This document shows positions 18,328 to 28,016 of a stretch of DNA of 42,932 nt, in pieces. The notes under the pieces are model-generated. The model ran no database searches. It saw nothing but the letters and a program-made list of their open reading frames with translations, and was not told the origin of the DNA. Position numbers and translations under genes: made by a program. Within the stretch, counting starts at the first letter, position 1; every line of letters starts with the position of its first letter. Origin of the DNA: a virus (taxonomy: Duplodnaviria > Caudoviricetes). The stretch lies in the IMG/VR virus record IMGVR_UViG_3300031949_000081, positions 1 through 42,932 of that record. One strand, given 5' to 3'.

Positions 18328-18665
18328 TCGACCTTACGAAATTTTTGAGGAGGGGTAAGCCCGACGGCTCGATGCTTCCGGATATGCTCCGGTTGATCAT
18401 GACCCTGAGGTACGCCAGTGGATCGTACGGTGAACTGACACCCGTCCTAGCGGAACTCGTCTCCCACGGGCTTATATGCCGCTACGAGGAAGGGCCACCG
18501 ACCACACTTTTCTTGAACGGCAAGGATCGACTCGGGCGCTTCACGGTGACCCCAGAGGGAGTCGCGTGTCGGTACGCCATCTATAAGACCATGGGGATCA
18601 GTCAACTAAGTCCAGCCGCCCAGATGGATGAGATCCTGAGGCGCTTCCATAACCCGTCGTGCTGA
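18324..18665 (+). CDS. Mini winged-helix-like protein
   Basis: LAELVSHGLICR...FTVTPEGVACR; ATG 18324 via ATGA overlap. Confidence 0.65.
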   Translation: MIDLTKFLRRGKPDGSMLPDMLRLIMTLRYASGSYGELTPVLAELVSHGLICRYEEGPPTTLFLNGKDRLGRFTVTPEGVACRYAIYKTMGISQLSPAAQMDEILRRFHNPSC

Positions 18666-18666
18666 T

Positions 18667-19005
18667 ATGATTAAAGTAGAATTGGTACGCGAACTCTCCC
18701 TACTCCGGTTCACCGTCCTCGACGGGGTCTGGTATCACGAGGCGTCGGACCTGATTAAGGATCTCGTAGCCAAGGATTACTATGTCAGGAAACATGAACC
18801 TTGGTACGACACCCGCCCTGATAATTGTCGTTTTTATATCACCGTCGACGGCAATAGGCGTCGAGATGAGCTCTTTAAGATATTCGGACTTGCTCTTGAC
18901 ACCGACAGCAGAGACAAACAATTGGTTAGGATCATCACCGACGCCAACGTGAACTTCTATCGCCCACAGAACATCCACTCACGTCTGGTCTCTGAGCTTT
19001 ATTAG
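18667..19005 (+). CDS. Mini winged-helix-like protein
   Basis: IKDLVAKDYYVR...FYITVDGNRRR; starts 1 nt after the previous stop. Confidence 0.6.
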   Translation: MIKVELVRELSLLRFTVLDGVWYHEASDLIKDLVAKDYYVRKHEPWYDTRPDNCRFYITVDGNRRRDELFKIFGLALDTDSRDKQLVRIITDANVNFYRPQNIHSRLVSELY

Positions 19006-19007
19006 GG

Positions 19008-21188
19008 CTACACGGTCTTGGTCCAGTCAAGCGTCGTATATCCAGTAGGGTGCTTCGGGTCTTGGTCTAGCTCCTCGGTCTCGTACTTCTTGGCGATCTT
19101 GGTGGTGTCGGTGTTTGACGTCTTTTGCTCATAGTCGATGAGCCCCTGTGCGATCCAGTTAGACCCGTCTGAGCCCCATGCATTCGTAGAGTAATGGGTG
19201 AAGTTAGAGAGCGGGTTCCACGCCTCAGACTGGCCCCTCTTCTCGTAATCACCGGTGAATCGCGTCTCCTTGGCCTGTGCTGGGGTCATAACTCCAGTAT
19301 TCGCGGTGCCGGTCTCCTCCGTCACCGGGAGGTCGACGCCGGTGGTGGACCTGGTGACGTGTCCGTTGGACTCGTTCTTGGCGATCTGATACGCCGACGC
19401 CCACTCGTCGTGGGTCAGCGGACTCGTCTCCAGCGCCGACACACTCTTGGAGAGTGCCCCGGCGTATGATATGAGGGAATCCATCGAGTCCGATGAGATC
19501 GTGGCACACTCCTGCATGACACCGGAGGGATCCGACACGCCAAAGAGGTGCTGACTCATGTTCTGGAAGATCTTCGACGGGGTGATGGCGGTGAGGTCGT
19601 CTCCAGCAGATCCGGCACCCGCGTTCTGCGCACCCATCAAGTTCCCGAGCACCGACTTGGTCGCGGCACCCATCGTTCCTCCGGCGCCCGTCTGCATCAG
19701 GTAGTTGAGACCCGCCGCCGCCCCACCGACGTGGTCGCGAAAGATGGCGATGCCGCCGGACTCACCGAGGTATCCGAACCTGGTGACTAGGTCGGTCACC
19801 CCGGCGACCTTGCGGACCCTGAGCGGGTTGTTCGCCCTGAGTGGGAACTGCTGGTTGTCCTGGGTAGAGGAGTCGTCGAGCTGGCTGACGTCCGTCATCT
19901 GGCGAAGGTGCGGGTGCGAGCTCGTCGGGAATAGCTTGGGATCCTTCTTGACGTCTGGGCACTGGATGGCGCTGCCCAAGGCGCTCAGCGCGACCTGAGA
20001 CACGGCGGATACGCCTCCCGCTCCAGGTGCCTTTCCCGCGAGATTCGACAGGAACGGGTTGGCGCCGAACCCGAGCTGGGTCAGGATGTTCATCGCGTTC
20101 ACGGTCCCGCCGAACATCGCCGGGTTCTCCCGTATCATCCTGCCGATGCCTGAGTAGTCGTCGCCGGGGTCGAACAGGATCTCGGCGTCTGTCTCCCCGA
20201 TCGCAGGTCTCGTCTCCTGCAGGTCAGTGAGGTCGACGTTGCGGACGAGGTTGAGTAGCTTCCCGGAGGAGACGAGGACGTCGTCGAAGCGGGTAAATAT
20301 CTTTTTCCTCTGGCTTCCGGCGACGGCCACCACGGAGATGAGGGGCCCGGTGATCGACCTGTAGTCGAGGTAGAGCTCGTCGAACGGGAGCTTCAGGGCC
20401 ATGTCGACGGCTTTCTGGTAGACCTGGGCCGGCGTTCCCTGGAACTCAAGCCTGATCGCCTCGCCGCGATAGAACGCAGGATTCGGCGCGAACAAGTCCC
20501 TCTGGACGAACCCAGTGTGGATGATGAAGGGGAGGGTGCGCTCTGAGAACCCCAGCTTACCCGCGTCCCTGAGTGCCTCTATGAACTCGTTGGTGGTGTT
20601 GACCCTGTCGATGATGTTGACGGATACGTGCTTCAGCGCCGTGACTATCTGGGTCTTGGTCCTGGCCACCTGGTCGGCGAGGTTCTGTGGGGCCCTGTTC
20701 TTAACGAGCACGTCGGAGAGGAACCTCTCGCCGAGAGTGTATTCTCCCGGGCTAGAGAAGTCTGTGTTCGACACCGTGACGGTGGTGACCAGCCTGGGCG
20801 CGGCCGGGACCGCCTCGAAGTATCCTGGGTCGGTTTCACCCGCCAGGGAGTCGTCGATCAGCGCCGGGAGTGCATTCTCCACGGCGGTGAGGAACTTGGC
20901 CGCGTCGATCGTCCTCGAGAACTCCGAGAAGTCATACTGACCTGCGTACGAATCGCCGGGGGATGAGTCGGATACTGGTGTGCGCCTCTGGGACGCGACG
21001 GCACCTGTCACCGCGTCGACGAACGTGCTGGCCGCGGCGCGCGAGCTCTTCCTCCTGGCGACTCGAGGTTCGACCTCTATCGGCACGGCCACGAACGCCC
21101 ACTTCGGCATCAGCGTACCGTCGGACAGCTTGACCACGTCCTCGGAGACGACGGAGGCACCAGGCGGCAGGAATAGCTTCATCGCCAT
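19008..21188 (-). CDS. Probable baseplate/virion protein with degenerate peptidase-M15-like and lysozyme-like domains
   Basis: 726 aa, coupled to gp5; VNIIDRV...IIHTGF...GEAIRL...LPFDELYLDY...LISV echoes the M15 fold; RANNPLRVR...AIF.....G..A echoes the RNNNPGNIR lysozyme-like family. Confidence 0.6.
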   Translation of the reverse strand: MAMKLFLPPGASVVSEDVVKLSDGTLMPKWAFVAVPIEVEPRVARRKSSRAAASTFVDAVTGAVASQRRTPVSDSSPGDSYAGQYDFSEFSRTIDAAKFLTAVENALPALIDDSLAGETDPGYFEAVPAAPRLVTTVTVSNTDFSSPGEYTLGERFLSDVLVKNRAPQNLADQVARTKTQIVTALKHVSVNIIDRVNTTNEFIEALRDAGKLGFSERTLPFIIHTGFVQRDLFAPNPAFYRGEAIRLEFQGTPAQVYQKAVDMALKLPFDELYLDYRSITGPLISVVAVAGSQRKKIFTRFDDVLVSSGKLLNLVRNVDLTDLQETRPAIGETDAEILFDPGDDYSGIGRMIRENPAMFGGTVNAMNILTQLGFGANPFLSNLAGKAPGAGGVSAVSQVALSALGSAIQCPDVKKDPKLFPTSSHPHLRQMTDVSQLDDSSTQDNQQFPLRANNPLRVRKVAGVTDLVTRFGYLGESGGIAIFRDHVGGAAAGLNYLMQTGAGGTMGAATKSVLGNLMGAQNAGAGSAGDDLTAITPSKIFQNMSQHLFGVSDPSGVMQECATISSDSMDSLISYAGALSKSVSALETSPLTHDEWASAYQIAKNESNGHVTRSTTGVDLPVTEETGTANTGVMTPAQAKETRFTGDYEKRGQSEAWNPLSNFTHYSTNAWGSDGSNWIAQGLIDYEQKTSNTDTTKIAKKYETEELDQDPKHPTGYTTLDWTKTV

Positions 21189-21189
21189 G

Positions 21190-24100
21190 TTAGTTTCTTC
21201 CCCATTTTCTTAAGCGGCCAGAGTTGCCCTGAAGATAGAACGATACGTGGGTGAACGTCGGATAGCGACCGATGCCGGCCACGTTTGGCAGGTTGGCCTC
21301 GACCCAGTTAGCCACGAACGCCGGGCTCCTACCTGGCACCTGGACGTCTACGGCCTTGCCGTAGATGTGATCAGAATTAGTTGCCACGCCGGAGCTGTTC
21401 CTCGCGAGTGACTGGTTGTACGCCAGGGAGCGATAACCGGACATGACGTGTGCCTTACCGATGTGCGCCGAGATCGGCTCGAGCACGTTGACCGCGCACC
21501 CAGAGAGGTTCCTGATCAGCTCGTCGCTGGATATGTTGCCTCTCGGGGTCGGGTTCATGCCCTGGTAGAACTTGGACGTAGGCGCGAGGTCGCCGAGTGT
21601 GTAGTGATCGGACACCTTCCTGCCCCAGTCGACCGCGCCCCCGTCGATGAGTGGCCCGCGGACTCCCTCGGACGAGCCGATGTTGCCGGTGCCTTGGTCG
21701 ACCGTGGTCGCGTCTCCGCCGGTTCCACCGCCCCAGCCTCCGCCTCCACCGCCTCCACCGCCTTCACCGGACCCACCTGATCCCGTAGATCCGCCCTTGC
21801 CTCCGGTGTAGCCTTGGATCGTGGATGCCGCCTGGCCTCCTATGGAAGGTATGTTGCCACCGAAGCACGCATTGAATACGCCGAGTGCGTTGGACGCCCT
21901 GTTTCCGTTCTGGTTCTCCCATGCGCCGCCGGTGAACGGGAGCTGATAGCCGTCGAATCTCTCGTAATCTGCACCTGCTCGGATGGCACCCTCCATCTCG
22001 GTGGCACTGATGAGCCTAGAACCGGCTCCCCTCTCCGCGTTCCTGGCCTCGAAGTCGAGGAATCCCAGCTGGGCCTCCCTCGTCTGCCAGTTGAGTCCGC
22101 GGTTGGCCGAGTAACTCCTGAGTGCATTGAAGCGGGATCCGTTCCACTGGATGAGCCCACCAGACTGGAGTGAGTTGACGTCCGTCACCTGGATCGCGGT
22201 CCTGAGGCCGGACTCATTGATCATGTTGCCGACGATCGCAGACGCACCTTGCTGGCTCCATCCCCTGCCGACTAGGTCATTGGCGATGTCGCAAGCGTCT
22301 TTCTCGAAGTTGCCGAGTGATTCGATCGTGGTGACCGTGCCTCCGGACTCCGCCTGGGTGAAGGCCGCGTCCTGTGCCGACGCCCCTCCGCCAGAGTTGA
22401 TGCTGCCTGAAGTAGAGGCGCCGGTCTCGCCAGAGTTGTCCATGGCCTCGGCCGCGTCCATCTCTCCCTGGGTGATCTGTTCCGCGTTGAGGTTGGACTT
22501 GGAGTCCGCTATGTTCGACTCCCTCGTGAGCTGTGCCGGAGGTGCCTCGACGTCGGCCGTGTCTGTGCCGGTGACCGCGGCAGACGCCCCGGCCTCGACC
22601 TTCACGGTCGACCCGTCGATGTTGATGTCACCGGAGGCGTTGATGTCGACCCCGCCGCCAGACGTGATGCTGGCCATGTCGCCAGATACTATCTTGGAGG
22701 CACCCTTCGTCTCGAGGATCATGTCTCCCTCGCCGACGATCGACATCTTGCCCTTGGCAGACGTCATCATGTTGCCGCCGGCCACGGTGATCGACTCGCC
22801 CTGGCTCTGTGTTATCATGTTCTGGGCGTGGCTCGCCGCGGTTCCCAGGGTCAAGTCGACCTTGTTTCCTGCTACGTACGTGCTGTCTTCCCCGCGGGTC
22901 GTCCTCGAGGCGTTTCCGTCGGTGACGTCGTGCCGAGTGCCCTTGACGGACGTCGACATCTTGCCGCCGACCGACTGGGACATGTCCTTGCCGACCTTGT
23001 GGACGGCATTCTTCTTGGCCTGGAAGAGGTGCGATCCCTCCGTGATGGTGTTCCTGTCCCCGCGGATGAGTTCCGTCATGCCGGAGGCGCCGTTGAAAGA
23101 GATCTTGCCGGTGACGTCGTAGGCGAGGTCGCCCTTGACCGTGACCTTCATGTCCCCGCCGACCGACAGGTGCATGGATCCCTGGATGCCCACCATCTTG
23201 TCGCCGAGGACAACCTCGTATCCGTCCTTCTTGACGTAGAACAGGCCAGAGCCGTCGGCCTGGATCTGGATCATCGAGCCGGAGGAGTGCATCACCTCGA
23301 TCTTCTGCCTTCCCGACGTATCGTCGAGGAGGATGTGGTGGCCTCCCTCGGTGGACCTGACCACGTGTGCCTGCATGTACTCGCCGCCGTGTGGCTGGAT
23401 CGCCGCGCTCCACTTCTCGGGGATCGACCTGGCCTCGAGCGTGTCTGCCGCCCTAGCCTTCGGGAACGACCACATCGTGGGTTCCTCGATCTTGGCCGCG
23501 TACTGCTGTGCCGGTCCGCCGACCGCCGCGCCCGGCGAGTTGATTCCCCTTCCAGTCGTCAGGGCGTTGGTGCGCGCCATCGCGGGCACGTCCGACTGTC
23601 GCTTGGCGGCGTAGGCCGGTATCGGATGGGACGGACCCCCCTGGAAGCCCCTCCTGTTACCCGTCGTGGTCTTCTGGTCCTCGGGTGAGTCGCCATACTG
23701 TCCGGAGCCCGTGGTGTCGAGATTCGACGGCGAGAGCGTTGCCGCGCCTGCCGTGGAGCTGACCGGGGCGGAGACCTTCTTCTCGCCGCCCATCGCGGTG
23801 TTGACGTTGTTGGGCCATCTCGCAGAGGCCCACTCGGAGACGTTGAAGCCCGGGCCGGAGGCGCCACTGATCTCGTTCTGGCCACCGATGACGACCTTAG
23901 GGAACTTGCGGACGAAGGCACCGACGACCTTCTCCAGGGCCGCCAGCTGAACCGGATAATACTTAGAGTTGATCGGGGAGTCTGTCTGGTTGGTGCCCTT
24001 TCCTGCCGCGAGACCGCCGATCAGCTGGACGCCGAGGTTGGACATTCCCTGGCCGCCGACAGAGATGGTGTTCATCCCCTTCGTATGTGCACCCTCCGAG

Positions 24101-25131
24101 GTGAAGTCCCTCATCTTTATGATCTGGCCGGTCTGGTCGATGACGATGTGTGCGCCACCGCCCTTTCCGTCGCTCCCGGTGCGCGCGTTCGCGTCTCTCC
24201 TGAGCGCCTCTATCGTGTACCTGCGGCTCTTAGAGGTCCCGGTGCTGAGTACGGTAATCATGCCAAGGTCCTGGCCGGCACCCTCCGCGAGGAAGTCGTA
24301 GTCAGTCTTGACGTCGACCGTGATGTTGGAGGCGGTAATCTCCTGGCCGGCCTTGGCCGTGGTGCCGAACGAGGCAGAAGAGAGCGGTGACCCACCGACT
24401 CCCTGGGGGATGCCTGTGGCGCCGCCGGCCGCGAAGAGGCCCATGAGTGCCTGAGGAAGGTTAGTGAGGACCGAGAGCCCGAGGCCCGCCGATGTCTTGG
24501 CCGCCTTCACGGCCGTCGTCTGCACCGACTCTACCGTGGCGACGTCAATGACCTGCGCCATGCGCGGGGTGTCCTGGCCCGTGGGTCCGACGCCGATGTA
24601 CTGGATGAGCGTCTTAACAGCATCGTCGTTCTTGAGGAAGTTGGCCAGGGATAGGAGTCCTCCCGCCGTAGACCCAAACTTGGTCGCCGTGCCGAGCCCG
24701 CCGACGGCCTTCGCCGCCATCGTCTGGAAGGCACCGGATAACCCGCCTGGTCCCATCGACGAGAGTGCCAGGTTGGACCCTACGTATTCCTTCTGGAGGG
24801 GCGAGAGCCCTGGTGCACCGACGAATGAGTTGGTTATGAAGGGCTGCTGCGCGTCCCTGCCGTCGAGGAAGTAGCCGAAGACCCATGAGCCGTCGATCAG
24901 TCCGTGCGTGGAGCCGACTCCGGACATGCCCGATGCCGTAGTCGGGAGTGCCACGTACGCCCACGGAAGGTGATCGGTGGGGACGCCCGCGTCTGACCTC
25001 TCTGGGTGAAACCCGATGGCCCTGACTTGGACGCGACCGATCTGCATCGGGTCGTCAGTGTTCTCCACCACCCCGATGAAGGGGACCAGGTCGTTGTCCC
25101 TGAAGTATGACTCGGGATTCCTATTCGTCAC
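21190..25131 (-). CDS. gp5: Baseplate hub/spike gp5 with extra peptidoglycan-hydrolase domains
   Basis: OB fold (FIGVVEN.DDP..IGRVQVRAIGFH, LPWA, GSWVFGYFLDG.DAQQP); HHILLDDT.G.Q.I...H.SG; 8-residue beta-helix repeats; phage tail lysozyme (GNM..ES, GLIQW); peptidase M15 (SGYRS, SDH..G.A.D, FTHV). Confidence 0.92.
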   Translation of the reverse strand: MTNRNPESYFRDNDLVPFIGVVENTDDPMQIGRVQVRAIGFHPERSDAGVPTDHLPWAYVALPTTASGMSGVGSTHGLIDGSWVFGYFLDGRDAQQPFITNSFVGAPGLSPLQKEYVGSNLALSSMGPGGLSGAFQTMAAKAVGGLGTATKFGSTAGGLLSLANFLKNDDAVKTLIQYIGVGPTGQDTPRMAQVIDVATVESVQTTAVKAAKTSAGLGLSVLTNLPQALMGLFAAGGATGIPQGVGGSPLSSASFGTTAKAGQEITASNITVDVKTDYDFLAEGAGQDLGMITVLSTGTSKSRRYTIEALRRDANARTGSDGKGGGAHIVIDQTGQIIKMRDFTSEGAHTKGMNTISVGGQGMSNLGVQLIGGLAAGKGTNQTDSPINSKYYPVQLAALEKVVGAFVRKFPKVVIGGQNEISGASGPGFNVSEWASARWPNNVNTAMGGEKKVSAPVSSTAGAATLSPSNLDTTGSGQYGDSPEDQKTTTGNRRGFQGGPSHPIPAYAAKRQSDVPAMARTNALTTGRGINSPGAAVGGPAQQYAAKIEEPTMWSFPKARAADTLEARSIPEKWSAAIQPHGGEYMQAHVVRSTEGGHHILLDDTSGRQKIEVMHSSGSMIQIQADGSGLFYVKKDGYEVVLGDKMVGIQGSMHLSVGGDMKVTVKGDLAYDVTGKISFNGASGMTELIRGDRNTITEGSHLFQAKKNAVHKVGKDMSQSVGGKMSTSVKGTRHDVTDGNASRTTRGEDSTYVAGNKVDLTLGTAASHAQNMITQSQGESITVAGGNMMTSAKGKMSIVGEGDMILETKGASKIVSGDMASITSGGGVDINASGDINIDGSTVKVEAGASAAVTGTDTADVEAPPAQLTRESNIADSKSNLNAEQITQGEMDAAEAMDNSGETGASTSGSINSGGGASAQDAAFTQAESGGTVTTIESLGNFEKDACDIANDLVGRGWSQQGASAIVGNMINESGLRTAIQVTDVNSLQSGGLIQWNGSRFNALRSYSANRGLNWQTREAQLGFLDFEARNAERGAGSRLISATEMEGAIRAGADYERFDGYQLPFTGGAWENQNGNRASNALGVFNACFGGNIPSIGGQAASTIQGYTGGKGGSTGSGGSGEGGGGGGGGGWGGGTGGDATTVDQGTGNIGSSEGVRGPLIDGGAVDWGRKVSDHYTLGDLAPTSKFYQGMNPTPRGNISSDELIRNLSGCAVNVLEPISAHIGKAHVMSGYRSLAYNQSLARNSSGVATNSDHIYGKAVDVQVPGRSPAFVANWVEANLPNVAGIGRYPTFTHVSFYLQGNSGRLRKWGRN

Positions 25132-26567
25132 TGCGTGTCATTCTCATCTAGAACCTTGCTCATGCTGATGGGCTTCCAGAAAGAATCGCGCCAGAGGTCG
25201 AGTGTCATGACGTGCTTGTCTGGGGTGAGGATGCTGTCGCGGATGGCCCCGACTATATATCGCCCGTAGAGAAAGTCGTCGGGTTCGCCCCGCTCGAGAA
25301 CCGACTCGAACTTGGGGATGGTGAGGTGCACGACGTCGCCCACGTCGACCATGGTGTCGCCGGGCACGGTGATGGTTATCTGGATCTGCGTCAGTGCCGT
25401 CCTGATGGCCTGGTAGAGCCAGCCGGACTTCTTCACGACGCCGTCCTTCTCCTCCGGGTCCTTCAGTCGAAAGTAGACCTGGGATGCCTGGGTTCCAGAG
25501 AAGCCGGATTCGATCGTGCTGTGTCCGGAGATGAAGTCAGTGGTGTTAGTCCTCTCCTTGCCGGTGCCGCCGTGTCTGTCGCTCGTGCGGTACGGGTCCG
25601 TGGACCCGCCGAGATAGCGCTGCTCGTTCTTGAGCAGCTTGTAGTTGAGCGACGAGAGTGACTTCTCGACGATGCTGTACTGGACGATCTCGTTCTCTAG
25701 CTGGCCCTGGCGGATCTTTTGGATCGTGTCGAACCTCCCGCCGAGGTTGAGCCCGATGATGCGGCGGATGTCCTTTCCGTCGCGAGAGTCCATCTGGTAC
25801 TTGTCGGAGGCGTATGCGTACCACGTCTCCAGTTGCTGGATGGCTGGGTCTGGGCTGGTGTCGAGCTGCATCTGGGTGATGACGCCCGCCTCTAGCTGCC
25901 TCTTGTTCACGGGGTTGGTCACGAGCTCGTCGAACATCTTGACCTGCCAGCCGTCGTGTCTCTCGAAGAATAGGTAATAGTCAGACTTGGTCCGATCGCC
26001 GCTGTATGCCCTTCGGAGGAGCATGTCGATGGCCTCGAAAGGTCGGTACATGGGGATCACCAGCCGCTTGCCTGGGTCCTTCATCGGGAGGGTGCCCGTC
26101 ACGGTGGGCTTCTCGGTCTCCAGGTACTCGGACTGGATGTTCCTGATGATGGCGTAGACGTCGTCGGTGTTGGTGTATGACTTGGCGACGACCTTCTGCG
26201 CGTTGACTATGATGGAAGGGCTGCAGAAGTGCAGCCGGTACGTGCTCGAGAGCCCCTTGGAGTCCGGGCGCTCGTCGGTTATCTTCCAGACCTTGAACTC
26301 TCCGTCCTTCGGGGTGTTGCCCGGCGTCTTGTACGTGAGGAAGAGGGTCTCCTCCCCGACGATCGGGAACCTGGTGACGAGTGCGTGTGCGTCGTAGACC
26401 AGGATCGATCCGCGGATGCCGGGTTCGAAGATGCTGGTGGAGATGCTGATCTCGGTGAACACGGCCCTGAGGTCTACGTTCTGGCCGGCGTGGTTCGACA
26501 GCGTCATGCGATCGAACTCGACGACGTGGGCCATGCCTCGGTTGTCGGTGCTAGTCTCTGCTGCCAA
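25128..26567 (-). CDS. Baseplate hub protein, gp27-like
   Basis: SIFEP.I.G.I...D......PIVGEE; YLFFE..DG; I.ITVPGD....VGDVV.L.IP; GRYIV; lies between gp53 and gp5. Confidence 0.75.
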   Translation of the reverse strand: MAAETSTDNRGMAHVVEFDRMTLSNHAGQNVDLRAVFTEISISTSIFEPGIRGSILVYDAHALVTRFPIVGEETLFLTYKTPGNTPKDGEFKVWKITDERPDSKGLSSTYRLHFCSPSIIVNAQKVVAKSYTNTDDVYAIIRNIQSEYLETEKPTVTGTLPMKDPGKRLVIPMYRPFEAIDMLLRRAYSGDRTKSDYYLFFERHDGWQVKMFDELVTNPVNKRQLEAGVITQMQLDTSPDPAIQQLETWYAYASDKYQMDSRDGKDIRRIIGLNLGGRFDTIQKIRQGQLENEIVQYSIVEKSLSSLNYKLLKNEQRYLGGSTDPYRTSDRHGGTGKERTNTTDFISGHSTIESGFSGTQASQVYFRLKDPEEKDGVVKKSGWLYQAIRTALTQIQITITVPGDTMVDVGDVVHLTIPKFESVLERGEPDDFLYGRYIVGAIRDSILTPDKHVMTLDLWRDSFWKPISMSKVLDENDTQ

Positions 26568-27087
26568 GGAAGGTGGTCCTCAGTTCATCGTATGCGCGGG
26601 AGGCGTACTTGTTCGACAGGAGCTTGATGGTCTTCCTGTCCTCGTTCATCTGATCTTCCCACAGCCAGATCGTCTTCTCTACGTCATGACCGATCCTGTC
26701 GGCCGGCTCCAGCTCGGCCCTAGTCTCAGGCGTCATCCACCACTTGATGTTGGGGTCTGTGTTCTCGTAGTGGTGAACCGTACTCGCGGCATACTCGTAA
26801 CTGTCGTACTTTTGAACGACGTAGGCCATGAAATCCGTGTCGGAGAGGGGCCAATCTCGATATGGATCCAGGATGTCGTTTGCGAGGGCGACGAGCCAGA
26901 AGTACTTGGAGTCGCCGTAGTAGTCAAAGGCGATCGTGTCCATGCGCTCGTGATCCTTGACTCGGTAGGGATAGAATACGCCATATTTCTCTACTATTCC
27001 TTTCGCTAGGCCAGCTCGGAGGATGATGTTCCTCGAGAGGGAATCGTCATAGTCTATGATGGGGAAGGTCTTGAAGAAGTCCGTCAC
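26551..27087 (-). CDS. gp53: Baseplate wedge subunit gp53
   Basis: FF..FP.I.Y; Y.VKD.ER.DTIA.DYYGD..Y.W.V.LAN.I.DPY.DWPL; GTG start at 27087 via GTGA overlap (ORF track overextends to 27327). Confidence 0.92.
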   Translation of the reverse strand: MTDFFKTFPIIDYDDSLSRNIILRAGLAKGIVEKYGVFYPYRVKDHERMDTIAFDYYGDSKYFWLVALANDILDPYRDWPLSDTDFMAYVVQKYDSYEYAASTVHHYENTDPNIKWWMTPETRAELEPADRIGHDVEKTIWLWEDQMNEDRKTIKLLSNKYASRAYDELRTTFLGSRD

Positions 27088-28016
27088 GCCTCGTCCTCTC
27101 CGAAGGAGCCGGTGCCCGTGATCGATCCAGACTGGCTGGTCGGGGTCTCCATCGACCCTCCGTCCTCGCCGAGTGGCTCCTCCGTGGTGCCGAAGTCCTC
27201 CCTGGTGAGGCCCTCGACCTCCTTGAGGGTCAGCTCCATGTTGATGATGACCGGCTCGTCGGTCTCCTTGAAGAAGGCGTTGGTTCCCTCTGATCCGAGG
27301 TCGGACACGACGGACGTGACGACGCACTTGAATATCGGGTTGAGGAAGGGCCTGTCCTCTGCGAAGAACCTGACGTAGACCTCGTCTGGGAAGTTGAGCA
27401 GGAAATTGCTCTTCTTGGTGGGATGCATGGCGCTCCGGATGAAGTCGCGGATCTGCCTGATGGTGTTGGACTCGGCCTGGTTCTTGGCGTGCATCTTCCA
27501 GGCCAGGCTGTGCTCCCTGAGGGAGACGCCCCTGAACACGGACGTGATGTGCGGGTTGACGATGGTCCCGGTGACCCGGTCGATGACGCCGCCGAGGTCG
27601 TTGGAGAAGAAGTTAGCAGTCCTCCTAGAGAGTGCCTGGGATAGTTCCACCGAGTTGTCGCCGATGTCGCCCCAGTTGAGGTCGCTCAGGGTCGAGCCGC
27701 CGCTGTTGATGTAGTCGTTGATGACGCTGTCGGCGGTGTCCATGACGCCTCCCAGCTTGTCGAACTCCACGTCCCCGTACTGCATGGCATAGTACTCGCG
27801 AAGGTTGCTCGGGAGGGGCAGGATGATGTCGGCGTGGTGGATCTCGGTCGCCTGGGTCTTGGGGTTCTTGCGGTCGTACTTGACGAACTTGATGATGGTA
27901 AAGTAACGACCGTGCTCCGACGGCCAGCGCAGGGGTGACGGGAGACCGTTGACCGCCTCTCGCGAGGCGGCCATCGTGACCCCAGGTAGCTCTCGGTTTC
28001 CCGGCCTTGGTATCAT
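27084..28016 (-). CDS. gp48: Baseplate tail tube cap gp48
   Basis: I.LPLP.NL...Y...Y; VNPH....F.GV.LR.H...W......ES..I..I...I...MHP; L.LKEVE.LTRED. Confidence 0.85.
   Translation of the reverse strand: MIPRPGNRELPGVTMAASREAVNGLPSPLRWPSEHGRYFTIIKFVKYDRKNPKTQATEIHHADIILPLPSNLREYYAMQYGDVEFDKLGGVMDTADSVINDYINSGGSTLSDLNWGDIGDNSVELSQALSRRTANFFSNDLGGVIDRVTGTIVNPHITSVFRGVSLREHSLAWKMHAKNQAESNTIRQIRDFIRSAMHPTKKSNFLLNFPDEVYVRFFAEDRPFLNPIFKCVVTSVVSDLGSEGTNAFFKETDEPVIINMELTLKEVEGLTREDFGTTEEPLGEDGGSMETPTSQSGSITGTGSFGEDEA

Noticed and set aside
21715-21810. ccgcctcca-type tandem repeats
   Set aside because: They encode the poly-Gly linker of gp5; no spacers, so not CRISPR or a regulatory array.
26551-27327. 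258-aa version of gp53 from the ORF track
   Set aside because: The extra N-terminus overlaps gp48 out of frame; gp53-like sequence begins at the GTGA overlap at 27087.
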